This document shows positions 36,981 through 49,871 of a stretch of DNA of 64,000 bases, in pieces. A program made the position numbers and the translations under genes. The DNA is from Haliotis cracherodii (taxonomy: Eukaryota): NCBI RefSeq assembly GCF_022045235.1, contig NW_027266279.1, positions 10,230,001-10,294,000 of the forward strand, read 5' to 3'. The notes under the pieces were generated by a model, which saw nothing but the letters and a program-made list of their open reading frames with translations, was not told the origin of the DNA and searched no databases. The stretch's first letter is position 1. Each line of letters starts with the position of its first letter.

Positions 36981-37522
36981 CTATACATCAAATAGCCGGG
37001 ACCAAAAATAAAATTCGTTATATCCGTCAGTTCGTTATAAGTGTGTTCGTTATAAACGTATTTTACTATATATAAAACGCTTTGTGAAATATCAAAACAC
37101 AGTTTGGACACCATGCCTAATTTTAACCCGAACTATTTGACAAACCGTTTCCCTCACATCTTACTGTTTTTCATAGACAATGTACAATCCCTCGTGATGA
37201 CATAGAAGCGGGTTCAATGAAATCATTTAACCCAAGTCATCATAAGAGTTTGTGATGAAGTATAAAATTTAATGTGACATGATGCAGCAAGGTTTATTTT
37301 AGAAACAAGGTTTAATCACAACAACTTAAGACCCAGGAATCTCATCGGAGGTAAGATTATCTCCATAGGTCCCGCTGCCAGTGGTCTCGCCCAAACCACA
37401 TCCTGTTGACTGTATCGACTCTCTGTAGGCTCCACGTGGGATGAGTTTTCAGGTATAAAAACACGACAACTTGTCTCCTCCTCATCATTTCTCTTCTCAC
37501 AAAGGAAAAGAAGACACTCAAG

Positions 37523-38410
37523 ATGAAATTCTCACTCATCTTCGTTTTTGTTGGTAAGTAAAGTGTATGAATTATAATATACTAAATGTGAAAAACATTT
37601 GGATAACCATAAGCATATACTCACAGTAACATAGCAACGTGTTTTGTCATTTGTTACTTGAGAATGCCAGATGTTGGAGGAATTACTGTATTCTTACTAT
37701 TTCATAATAATTACTAGTAGCTATTGCCAAGAAAATGTGTTGCCAAATGTTACTAAACAACGCATCATTACCTCCGAAACCACCAACAGTATGAGCAGTT
37801 TTTAACATGGCATCGAAAAATATTTTTAAAAAAATTATCAAATATTGCCAGTTGTTATTTTCTTCCTATGAAAAGTGTTATATTGGGCGAAGCAAAAACA
37901 GACACGGCGCCATGATAAACTCTCTGTCAGCTCAAAAGGGAAAACATCTAAAATTTAATCCAAAAATCAGAACTAGCTAATCTATGGAATAAGAAAGCAA
38001 GTTGTTTCAGTGTTTGATAAAAAGGCCTGTTGTCATTTCAAAAATCATCTGTCAGGTTTCCTTATTTTCGAAAAAGAAATGAAAGTTACATGTATGTCAT
38101 TCCAGCTATGCTTCTGGCTGTGAGCCTTGCCCATCGTCACCGTCGGCATCGTCATCACCACCACCACCATCATCACTCCTCTTCAGTTAAGCACGTGCAC
38201 CACTACCACTCATCGGGCTCCTCAGGCTCCTCAGGCTCCTCCGGCTGCGGCTGTTGTGGAGGCAGCTCCGGATCCTCCTCTTCCTCCTCCGAGGACTACC
38301 CCATCCCCATCCCCGTCCCCATCTCTAGCGGCGGCGGCAGCAGCAGCAGCGGCAGCAGTGGTGCCTCCGACGCAGCCCTTCTGCAGGCTCTCATCAACGC
38401 TGGAAAATAG
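37523..38410 (+). CDS. Secreted His-rich/Ser-Gly-rich small protein, copy 3 (111 aa)
   Basis: Exon 1 37523-37553, exon 2 38106-38410. TATAAAA at 37454; 3'-UTR exon from 38994 with AATAAA at 39051. Confidence 0.9.
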
Positions 38411-39697
38411 GCGATGAGGTAAAGATAATGTTATGTTGTAGCCTGAAGTCCTCCGGAATTAAACAGTTCAAAGGAAAGTATTACAATCAATGTGCGTAAA
38501 TTGTGTAACATAACATGGGGATTTTATCTCAACTTTTAGCAGTAAACAAGTTTCACCGGGGCAGATTTCTTGTTTATTAGGGAAGTTAACCAGGCGTTTA
38601 TCTCTAGATCTTTAGTAAACATCCAACTCTCAACATCATCTGTGTATGGATAAATGATTTTTTTCTGTACTGGGGACTGAAACGATTCCTGTTAAGTCCC
38701 AGATTCATGCTTTGTTTGTTTGTTTGTTGTTTAACGCCGCACTCAGCAATATTCCAGCTATATGACGGCGGTCTGTAAATAATCGAGTCTGGACCACGCC
38801 GTGTCCGTTTTTGCGCATTTGGGATCGATGACATGCATCAACCAAGTCAGCGAGCCTGACCACCCGATCCCGTTTGTCGCCTCTTATGACAAGCAGAGTC
38901 GCCTTTTACGGCAAGCATGGGTTGCTGAAGACCTATCCTACCCCGGATCTTCACATGCATTGTCCCTGATACTGTATTTTCACTCTTTTTCAGTTACCAC
39001 TTTAAAGTCTCTGCTGGCAGCTTTGAATGTAACATTGGAACAAAGGATTGAATAAATATACTTTTAGGAAAATGGTAGTTTTGTTCCTTTCATTATTTTC
39101 TGACAATGATAAGCACACATTATATGATATTCTTATAATATGAAAGGGGCGCAGTTAGGCCTGTTGTCTAAGGTGCCGCAACTCTTTGTGCAGAGTTGCG
39201 TCGCTTGGGCAGAAACCTATGATTATGGGTTCGAACCCCTGGTTCGTTCGGATTGTGTTTCTAGGTTTGTCGGAACCATACCGTGCTCGTGGGTTTCCAT
39301 CAAGGGGTAAACCCCTGAGACCTACATCACTTGGAGCTTTCCTCCCACATTAAACTGACACGCCGTGATATAACTGGAACACTATTTAACCCACCTCACA
39401 CAATCACTATTATATAAAATGTGCTTCTGCTCTTTTAATAATGCAAGATGTACCAAATATTTGTTGAGTTCTGGGACAAGTTCTTTAGCATGGACATATG
39501 CCATCTTGGTTCCAGCACCAAACCAGGGAAGGACCCAACTATGCTGGCTTCATACAGACTAATTAAATATACATTTTAAGAATGATAGCACCTTATTTAG
39601 TTATTAAAATCAAGAAATACTCATACAAGTTTATTACGTGATAAAAAGAAAAGTTATAATGAATATATGTAATAAGATTTTATCAAGTCTTCCAAAT

Positions 39698-39995
39698 GGG
39701 GGGGGGGGGGGGGGGGGGGGCACGGGTGGGCCAGTCGTCTTTGGCGCCGCGATTCGCTGTGCAGAGTTGCGTCCCTTGGGCACGCCAGAAACCTATGATT
39801 GTGGGTTCGAATCCCGCTTCGCCCCGATTATGTTTCTAGGTTTGTCAGCACCATACCCATGCTCGTGGGTTTCACCGAAGTGGTAAACGTCTGAGACCTG
39901 CATCACTTCGGGCTTTCCTCCCACATTAAGCTGACACGCCGTGATATAACTGGAATACTGTTAAAAGCTGCGTTAAACCAAACTCACTCACTCAC
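39698..39995 (+). mobile_element. SINE family B with expanded 5' poly-G
   Basis: TSD CTTCCAAAT. Confidence 0.85.
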
Positions 39996-40169
39996 TTCCA
40001 AATAGTAAATGTTTCTGGTCTACCATACGAGGATTATCTCAGAGTGTGGCAACTCGTGTACCTAACATATCACTAGAACAATGGGTCGATCATTTAAAGA
40101 TGTGTTTGACAATCCAGCAGAAAAGATACGGTTATCACCGAAACGACTATTAATGATATTCATAATGAT

Positions 40170-40370
40170 ATGCCTTGCTATATTCTGGACTCCCCCATTT
40201 CACAAGAGTAGGTGCTATTTGCTATTAAGTCTTTGAAATTTGATTAATCCGCAGGAAATGACGACCTCATTTCAGAATTGTTTAAACATGCGAATGATAT
40301 TTTTGTCCCGTATCTTACAGTGCTGTTTAATAAGTTGTTTAACAATGCCAACTTTCCTGAATCTTGGTTT
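40170..40370 (+). pseudogene. Decayed LINE ORF2 fragment
   Basis: Translates to ILDSPISQE*VLFAIKSLK..SAGNDDLISELFKHANDIFVPYLTVLFNKLFNNANFPESW, typical of the pre-RT region of non-LTR retrotransposons. Confidence 0.75.
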
Positions 40371-40380
40371 TTGAAAAATA

Positions 40381-41277
40381 TTGTTGCTGTAATCCCACCC
40401 CATACCATAACGCTGCCGCCCCCGAACCGATCTTCTTCCATGACACAATGATTGACGTAACGTTCACCTCGACGTCGGTACACTCGAATCCGTCCCTCGC
40501 TGTGGCTGAGGTGAAAACGAGTGAATAGAATTAATGTCCAGCGTCAATGAATGCATGGCCGCCCAGCGTAGACGCTGTCTACACCACTGAAGGCGTGCTT
40601 GACGGTGGTTTCTTGTCAAAATGGGACGTCTGGCGGGTCTACTGGCGACATTCCCTGCACATCTGAGGCGACGACGTACGGTTTGTGAAGATATTCGTCG
40701 AAGGCCATGGATGCTTCTTGCAGTCACTGTTGCTGGCTGGAATCGATTTCCTAGGTGTGTTGTTCGAATCCTGTTGTCTTGTCGATTATTGGTTACGCGT
40801 GGCCTGCCACTCCGAGGATGGTCTCTGACTGCATTCGTCTGTTGCCAATGTTGCCATAAACACCAAATGGTGCTTCTGTGGACGTTAAATTGTCTTGCAA
40901 CATCACATTGACTCGATCCTGTTTCAAGCATACCAATGGTTCGCAGACGCTCATTTTAGGACAGGCTGAATTACTTTCGTAATATTGAATAATTGCGTAA
41001 TTTTGTGTTTTTTCTGAGTGCATGGTTGTTGTCAGCACGATGCTAAACAATGCATATGGAATCCCGTTAATGCACATGTTTTTAAACCCATTCTTGGGTA
41101 GTGAAATGCATGGGGCTTGCATAAAAGTCAACTTTTGCATGGAATGCATGCTTTTCTGTAAAAGTTACGCTTTTGTGACTTGATTCCATACATGTACTAC
41201 AATACTGAAAACCAAACTTAACTGTTTGAAAAATACACTAAAATATTGGTGTCACGGGAACTTTTGTTGCTGAGTAT
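40381..41277 (-). mobile_element. Truncated, frameshifted Tc1-family transposon
   Basis: ORF 40931-40464 encodes the paired HTH region (VARQFNVHRSTI, RSGRPRVT, SSQTVRRRLR, RPILTRNHRQARLQWC). A shifted frame gives RRRGERY..DRFGGGSVMVWGGIT. TA-TACTCAGCAACAAAAGTT terminus at ~41277; the catalytic C-terminus is missing. Confidence 0.9.
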
Positions 41278-41279
41278 AT

Positions 41280-41480
41280 GATCTGGAGACAAGGACAACT
41301 TTCAAATTACAGAATCTTGGGGTAAAAGGCAACATATGGATTTGCTCGATTCTTTCTGAAAAGTCTATCCAAATTCGCATTGGTCAGGTCTTTTCTGATA
41401 ATGCATTTGACTGAATATGGTACCCCACACGATAGTTTTATTAGCCTCGTGCTCTTCAATATTATTATAAATGACCTTTT
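41280..41480 (+). pseudogene. Decayed LINE reverse-transcriptase fragment
   Basis: With frameshifts: IWRQG..KLQNLGVKGN..SIQIRIG..EYGTPHDSFISLVLFNIIINDL, a degenerate GxPQGSxxSPxLFN motif. Confidence 0.7.
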
Positions 41481-42242
41481 TGTGAAGGATAAGGTACGAG
41501 GTGAGGTCTTTGTGCCTGGATGCAGACCCTAGGGGGGTCGGGATGGAAATATTTCCAACCCAACCCCCTCAGGTCTGTGTCCAGGCACAAAGACTGAACC
41601 GAGTCCTTTATCCGACTTATGAACCGAAAAATTTACAAGAATTTGTAATGTTTTATGAAATTTTGTTTCTATTCTCTGCCTTTTTAACCCATCACTCATA
41701 TTGATCGTACCCCGCGGTAGTGCGCCAATCAGAGCTAACCATTTCGTCACGTGCTTGCCCCTGCCTCGTAATGCACGCGCTTTGAATGTGGACTGAGCGG
41801 CACATGGTCGCTGTTGTTTGCAGTGTGCGGTTGCCTTTCAGACAGGGATGATGACATTTTTCTAACGCAAAGTAAGTTTTGATCTGGACGCGAAAGACAA
41901 TAATTTTCGTTTTCTACCACCAATCAGCTTTGAGGACCTGCAAGGCGAGTTGAAAGACTGTACCCCTTAGGACCCGTGAAGATTCCGGGGTAGAATAGGT
42001 CTTCAGCAATCCATGCTTGCCGTAAAAGGTGACTATGCTTGTCGTAAAAGGCGAATAACGGCATCGGGTGGTCAGGCTCGCTGACTTGGTTGGCGCATGT
42101 CATCAATCCCAATTGCGTGTTAATGCTCATGATATTAATCACTGGATTGTCTGGGCCAGTCTCGATTATTTACAGACCGCCATCATATAGCTGGAATATT
42201 GGTGAGTGCGGCGTTAAACAACAAACCAACCAACCAACCAAC

Positions 42243-43815
42243 ACTGTCACAGCTACATCACAGCCGCACCACATCTTTCTCAATACTACATCACAGCCGC
42301 ACCACGTCTCTGTCATAGCTACATCATAGTCGTACCACGTCTCTGTCATAGCTACATCAAAGCCGCACCACGTCTGTCATAGCTACATCATAGTCGTACC
42401 ACATCTCTGTCATAGCTACATCATAGTCGTACCACGTCTATGTCACAGCTACATCACAGCCGTACCACGTCTATGTCACAGCTACATCACAGCCGTAACA
42501 TGTCTGTCACAGCTACATCACAGCTGTAACATGTCTGTCACAGCTACATCACAGCCGTAACATGTCTGTCACAGCTACATCACAGCCGTACCACGTCTGT
42601 CATAGCTACATCACAGCCGTAACATGTCTCTGTCATAGCTACATCACAGCCGTACCACGTCTCTGTCACAGCTACATCACAGCCGCACGTCTGTCATAGC
42701 TACATCATAGTCGTACCATGTCTGTCATAGCTACATCACAGCCGTACCACGTCTCTGTCACAGCTACATAACAGCCGCACCACGTCTGTCATAGCTACAT
42801 CACAGCTGCACCACGTCTCTGTCATAGCTACATCACAGTCGTACCACGTCTATGTCACAGCTACATCACAGCCGTACCACGTCTATGTCATAGCTACATC
42901 ACAGTCGTACCACGTCTGTCACAGCTACATCACAGCCGTACCACGTGCCTGTCACAGCTACATCACAGCCGTACCACGTCTATGTCATAGCTACATCAAA
43001 GCCGCACCACGTCTGTCATAGCTACATCATAGCCGTACCATGTCTGTCACAGCTACATCACAGCCGTACCACGTGCCTGTCACAGCTACATCACAGCCGT
43101 ACCACGTGCCTGTCACAGCTACATCATAGCCGTACCACGTCTGTGTCACAGCTACATCACAGCCGTAACATGTCTCTGTCACAGCTACATGACAGCCGTA
43201 CCTCGTCTGTCACAGCTACATGACAGCCGTAACATGTCTGTCACAGCTACATCACAGCCGTAACATGTCTGTCACAGCTACATCACAGCCGTACCACGTC
43301 TCTGTCACAGCTACATCACAGCCGTACCACGTCTGTCATAGCTTCATCACAGCCGTAACATGTCTCTGTCATAGCTACATCACAGTCGTAACATGTCTGT
43401 CACAGCTACATCAGTCGTACCACGTCTGTCACAACTACATCATAGTCGTGCCACGTCTGTCACAGCTACATCATAGTCGTACCATGTCTCTGTCACAGCT
43501 ACATCATAGTCATACCACGTCTATGTCACAGCTACATCACAGCCGTACCACATCTCTGTCAAAGCTACATCATAGTCATACCACGTCTCTGTCATAGCTA
43601 CATCACAGCTGTAACATGTCTCTGTCACAGCTACATCACAGCCGTACCACGTGCCTGTCATTGGTACATCACAGCCGTACCATGTGCCTGTCATTGGTAC
43701 ATCACAGCCATACCACGTGCCTGTCATTGGTACATCACAGCCGTACCACGTGCCTGTCATTGGTACATCACAGCCGTACCACGTGCCTGTCATAGGTACA
43801 TCATAGTCGTACCAC
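42243..43815. repeat. 29/31-bp minisatellite, ~50 copies
   Basis: Unit tgtcacagctacatcacagccgtaccacgtc(tc). Confidence 0.95.
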
Positions 43816-43829
43816 TTCTAAGTCAGTCA

Positions 43830-44097
43830 GGACCGCCTCCGTGGTCAAGTGGTAGAGCGTCCACCCAGAGAGCGGAAGGTCCGGGGTTCGATTCTCGGCC
43901 GCGTCATACCAAAAGACGTTAAAAGATGGTACTTGTTATTACCCTGTCTGGTGCTCGGCATTAAGGGGTTAAAGCAAGGACTGGTCGGCTCGTAGTCAGT
44001 ATACTGTGTCTGATTGGGGTATTTATGTTAAACTGCGGCATGGTATCTCAGTGGGCTAGCACTATAAATGGGCATCAGTCCGGACTAGTACAAGCAG

Positions 44098-44130
<33 letters not shown>
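43830..44130 (+). mobile_element. SINE family F
   Basis: Same head and core as 55320-55670; it directly follows the 30-bp satellite. Confidence 0.75.
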
Positions 44131-44135
<5 letters not shown>

Positions 44136-44644
44136 ACATGCATGCACCCAATTGCATGGGTTGATGCTCATGATATCAATCACTGGATTGTCTGGTCCAG
44201 ACTTGATTATTTACAGATCGCCGTCATATTGCTAAAAGCGGCATTAAACAACAAACAATAAATCTTAGTGCAGCATTGCACCCGCACTCAGACCTAGCTG
44301 TTTGGGGCAGCATGATATCTAGACTATTACAAAGACAAAGACCACTCAACATTGAATTTCTTTATGTAAACAATTAACAAAGTATATGTATAAATAAGTA
44401 TAAATAATCACAACCATCCTTTTTAGAGAAAGTCACACAGAGAAAAGATTTTTTCCAGTTGAGAGATAGCAACCTCATTGAGGTCAAACCACAAATACCA
44501 CAAGAGGTCATCAGTTCAAGTCACTGCCATCACTGATCTGTAGACACTAGGCTTTAACAACTCACATCAAGTCTAGGTATATCTGAGCAAGTCTATATTC
44601 CAGGGGCTTCATACCGAGTCTCCTTTAGTATATTTTTAAAGAGG

Positions 44645-44806
44645 TGAGTGAGTATGGTTTTACACCGCTTTGAGCAATATTCCAGCAATATCACGGCGGG
44701 GGGACACCAGAAATGGGCTTCACACAATGTATCCATGTCAGGAATTGAACCCGGGTCTTCAGCGTGACGAGCGAACGCTTTAACCACTAGGCTACACGAC
44801 CGCCCC
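44645..44806 (-). mobile_element. SINE family A
   Basis: Full length; TSD TTTTTAAAGAGG. Confidence 0.85.
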
Positions 44807-45870
44807 TTTTTTAAAGAGGAACAAGGCTCAGGCTTATTAGCATGTGTTGAAAGAATGGTTCAAGTCCCTCAACAACGGCCTTGTCTGATGATGAATATCA
44901 GCCTAGTCATTGCTGATTATTACAATAATTAACATATAGGAGAGAACTGTGTCCTAAGGGCACTTCATGTTGCACTTCAGCGACAAAATATCAAGTTCTA
45001 ATATTGATTCTTTTTACACAAGTATTTAGTTTTTATTTTAGATTTGATATATTCAAACATGTGAGTACAACCATAAAGAAGATATATAAAAATTATCTCA
45101 ATAATACAGACAATTACCCTTTGGCGATCGAACACCAGAACAGTGCAAACAAATCATAAATAGTTCATAATCAGGGTGAATATGGAGTTCAAACCCATGG
45201 TCAGCAGATTCAGACTAAGGGAGGTAACTCTGTACAACAATTCTGAAGCACTTAAACCATTTGACCCCTGTCAGTGAGTTAAAAGAGTGTCCTCTGTTGC
45301 ATATTAAGCACACATTTTGGCATTTTCAAATATTTGGGCTTTTGAAAATATTTTCGGCATTTATCAGTTAATACAGCCTCTGTGATTCCTGATATCACAT
45401 CTGTGTATTAGGAGACAATACTGTATCAAGGTGCCCGAACAGCTTTTTACAATTAATCACAAAAAAAGCAAAGACACATACAGCATAAAATGTGACAAAG
45501 AGAAACAAAAACAAAAACTTCCTATACCAAGAAGTAAGCCAATATCACTAAAGCCTACTGTGAATACTGATAGAAATACCTCACATCAACATCTCTTACG
45601 ACAACAATAACAGAGGATCTATTCACAGAAATGTGAAACTCCGACAACAAACTGGTAAGCAAATGATTCTCACACTGACAAACAATCTGTGAACACAGAA
45701 CTGAACATGAGGATGGCAACTCACACAGCATCTTCCCGAGGCAAGAGAGCTAACTGACTATAAAAGTCCAGTTTCCACCCTTGCCGAACTAGGCTTGGAT
45801 TATGGAGTTACATTAAAGGTAAAGTGTCAAGCATATTTCTAATCTGGATCATCAATTGATAAGACAAATA

Positions 45871-46069
45871 AGACCCTGCCCTTTAGAAAACATTACACAC
45901 ATACAACCCGCTCTGTTTATGGTTAACAGCTAAAGTATGAACACAACATGCCATTAAAATGCTGCAATTGATAATACATATCAGACCTGCCCTTCAGAAA
46001 AAACATTACACACATACAACCTTCTCTGATTATGGTAAACAGCAAAAGTATAAACACAACATGCCATTA
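45871..46069. repeat. Short direct duplication (~87 bp, period ~112)
   Basis: agacc(c)tgccctt..aaaacattacacacatacaacc...acacaacatgccattaa occurs twice. Confidence 0.8.
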
Positions 46070-46342
46070 ACATATTTAATATTCATAAAATAAGATGTGG
46101 TCAATTGTCAGTTATGGGAGATCGCTGAAAAATATGGACATGTATATTACAGTTGCACAATGCGACCTTAGCGCAATGACTTTCGTAAGTCAATGTTAAA
46201 TTCATGGGAGTTACGATCACCTTAGCGCTATGACCTTCGTAAGTCTATGTTAAATTCATGGGAGTTACGATCATCTTAGCGCTATAACTTTCGTAAGTCT
46301 TTGTGAAATTTATGGGAGTAAATGGGACTTATGACCACCTTG

Positions 46343-48140
46343 GCGCTAAGATAGCTTTGTGGAACTGTGCCCTGGTTATCAAATAGGCCTTCAGTGGCAT
46401 TCAGAAATGAGGAGTGAAACACAATGAACATGATGGATACAAACAACAATAACAGTCTGTTACAGTATACAAGTCATACATGCAACCTCATACTTATCAA
46501 TCCAGTGTCAACAAGCTTTACCCACTAACAAACAAAACAAATTGATTATTGGTTCTTCAGAATCACCACTTTCTTGTTATCATTTTAGTATTTCCTTTGG
46601 TTACTGATTACTAGTTATAATGCAGTTATACAAAATGAACTCTCAGAGAAAAAATTATCCTGAGAGAGGTTCTCATAAATACAACATGGCTGACAAATTT
46701 CAATCCACATGTATCATGGGTACTGCATTGTTATACAGCATGTGTCAACAAGAATTAAATACAAAACACATATTCCAGAAAATACACGAAATGTTTGCAG
46801 GATCTTTGTGATTATTTGATAGATAATTCTAAAAAGAAAACAATCACCACCTCCTCGTGATCTAATAAACAAATAATCAATTATTAGTGTAGTTTTACCC
46901 AAGATTACAGCCCTAAGTCCTGGGCCCATGTGCACAAAGCAATCTTAGCGCTGAGACTATCGTAAGCCTGTGTTAAAGTATGGAGTTACAATCATCTTAG
47001 CGCTAAGATCGCTTTGTGCAAGTGGGTCCTGCTCCTCGGAGCTATCTTAGCGCTATGACAATCATTACCTGTATAGCTTAGCGTAGACTTGCGATAGCTG
47101 CAGCACTAGAATAGTTTGTGGAATGAGGCCCTGATAGAAATCTTGCTACTTCGAGACTTCTTACCCCCAGGGCCCCGTACCACAGTGTTACGACAGTCGT
47201 AAGTCAGTGTGAAAGAATAGTAGTTTTGATTGTCTTAGCGCTAAGATAGCTTTGTGGAACTGTGCCCTGGTTATCAAATAGGCCTTAAGTGGCATTCAGA
47301 AATGAGAGGTGAAACACAATGAACATGATGGATACAAAAAACAATAACAATCTGTTACAGTATACAAGTCATACATGCAAGCTCATACTTATCAATCCAG
47401 TGTCAACAAGCTTTACCCACTAACAAACAAAACAAATTGATTATTGGTTCTTCAGAATCACCACTTTCTCGTTATCATTTTAGTATTTTTTTTTGTTACT
47501 GATTACTAGTTATAATGCAGTTATACAAAATGAACTCTCAGAGAAAAAATTATCCTGAGAGACGTTCTCGTAAATAAAACATGGCTGACAAATTTCAATC
47601 CACTTGTATCATGGGTACTGCATTGTTATGCAGCCTGTGTCAACAAGTATTAAATACAAAACACATATTCCAGAAAATACACAAAATGTTTGCAGGATCT
47701 TTGTGATTATTTCATACATAATTCTAAAAAGAAAACAATCACCACCTCCTCGTGATTTAATAAACAAATAATCAATTTATAGTGTAGTTTTACCCAAAAT
47801 TACATCCCCAGGTCCTGGGCCCACTTGCACAAAGCGATCTTAGCGTTAAGACTATTGTATGCCTGTGTTAAAGGATGGAGTTATGATCATCTTAGCGCTA
47901 AGATCGCTTTGTGTAAGTGGGCCCTGCTCCTCGGAGCTATCTTAGCGCTATAACAATCATTACCTGTATAGCTTAGCATAGACTTGCGATAGCTGCAGCA
48001 CTAGAATAGTTTGTGGAATGAGGCCCTGATAGAAATCTTGCTACTTCGAGACTTCTTACCACCAGGGCCCCGTACCATAGTGTTACGACAGTCGTAAGTC
48101 AGTGTTAAAGAATAGTAGTTTTGATTGTCTTAGCGCTAAG
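46343..48140. repeat. Tandem duplication of an 895-bp segment
   Basis: GCGCTAAGAT anchors at 46343, 47238 and 48133; the intervening sequences align closely. Confidence 0.9.
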
Positions 48141-48303
48141 ATGCCTTGAGGAATGGGCAGCAGACTAATCCCTTATGGCTTTTTACCGATTAATGTCATG
48201 TGACATATCACAAGTTAACCTCAACTCAATCGAACAGCTGTTTTCTATCTATTTTGAATTTGCTTTAATTCTTTTAATGTCCTATTAAAACATGTCATTG
48301 CCT

Positions 48304-48406
48304 CAGGATGACTCGGGGTACATGGGATTTGATGCTTCCCTCGTTAGATTCGTGGTATAAAACATAACGCGGGATGCATAAAACCCCATGTACCCCTCGT
48401 GATCCT
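48304..48406. repeat. Imperfect inverted repeat (~43-bp arms)
   Basis: caggatgactcggggtacatggg...cgtta / taacg...cccatgtacccctcgtgatcctg. Confidence 0.7.
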
Positions 48407-49871
48407 GCTACAACTTATAAGGTTAAGTATAGCCGTTACGATAGTCGTAGCACTAAGATCAGTTTGTGAACCTGGTTCCTGGCATGTAGATCTGTGTACA
48501 AAGGGACTTTACCCTGTAATGGGAGTGAGATGGACCTGTGGTTACTTTGCAACCATATCACAGCATGGGTTCCCTGAGGAATGAGCAATAGACAACAGGA
48601 ACTAAACCCAGACCAAGTTCATATAAAGCGAACACTCTACCTGCAGTATATATATATAAGCGGGGGGCTTATTACATCGAAGACGGTATTGGAAATTGTG
48701 TGTTTGGTTAACTAATACAGAACAAAAACATTTATCCATATGTCGGAAGGCTAAATCGGCAAATCATGATATCCCTGCAATACACCAGGCTGTTGAAGAT
48801 TCTTCCATCTCACAGCGCTCGGGGGTATTTTGAGTCAAGTATTACGTGGAGGACAGCCAGACCCAGCAGGACAGTCAAACCAGGAATGTGGCCATCAACT
48901 AGAACATTATCACTCCCAAATATTTCCATGCTAGTATTGAAAACACCCTCATTAAACCACCTCATAGCCTTCACTCTACATTAACATCTGGTAGGAGGGA
49001 TCTCCTTATAATGCCAGCAGAACACAAGAAACTAAACTCAGAATCAGATTACCATAATACTGTGAAGCAACAGCAGTGTTTGAAAGAAACAGCACATGTA
49101 AAGATCTTAAAAATATATCACAGATTGTAACATTATCTCCACTGTATAATACATATTGTAACAGAAAATATTTTCAGTTATCAATTAGAACATGATTAAG
49201 AATGTGAGGAGACTTTAGTAAAACATTTCAAAAATATATCACTATAAAGCAAAGTGTAAAAATTGTAATTTGTCCTACTTAGTTCTGATATTCTGATATA
49301 AAATGTATTAGAAATGTAAATAACATGATACAATGAACGAAAAACATCTTAAAAAGATTCAACTTCTAAAAGAGCAATGCATAAGGTCTCATAATGATAA
49401 TACCTCATTCATGTCTTGATCTCAATATTGTCATTATCACTATATTCATGTATCTCGGTACACCATCATTATCTCAGTATCCAGATATCTCCTTATCTTG
49501 GTATTTCAGAATCTCAACATCTCGACGCGGAAGATACGATAAGAGTAAGATATTACCAGAGCTTTTAGATATCTTTGGCAGTGTTGATCATTAAGGCGAT
49601 TCTTGGGGTCCTTGAGTCTTGCTCCAATATCAAGATCGGATCCAGCATTTTCAAAAGGTAGGGTTCCAAAATATTAAAACCCCCTCTCAAATAATGTTAC
49701 TGCCTTCAACATGTTCAACATACTACATTTGGTTTTCCAAAGGAGGGGGACCCACCTCTCCGGATCCCCAATGCATATCATTAAAAGCCAGCAACACCAC
49801 CAAACAAAAAATTAACACAACTTATGACAAGGATCTCTTGACTCATGCTTAATTTTGAACACTGTTTGGAC

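Noticed and set aside
42945-43793. Repetitive ORFs (SQLHHSRT / MTGTWYGCDVP)
   Set aside because: Translations of the 30-bp satellite.
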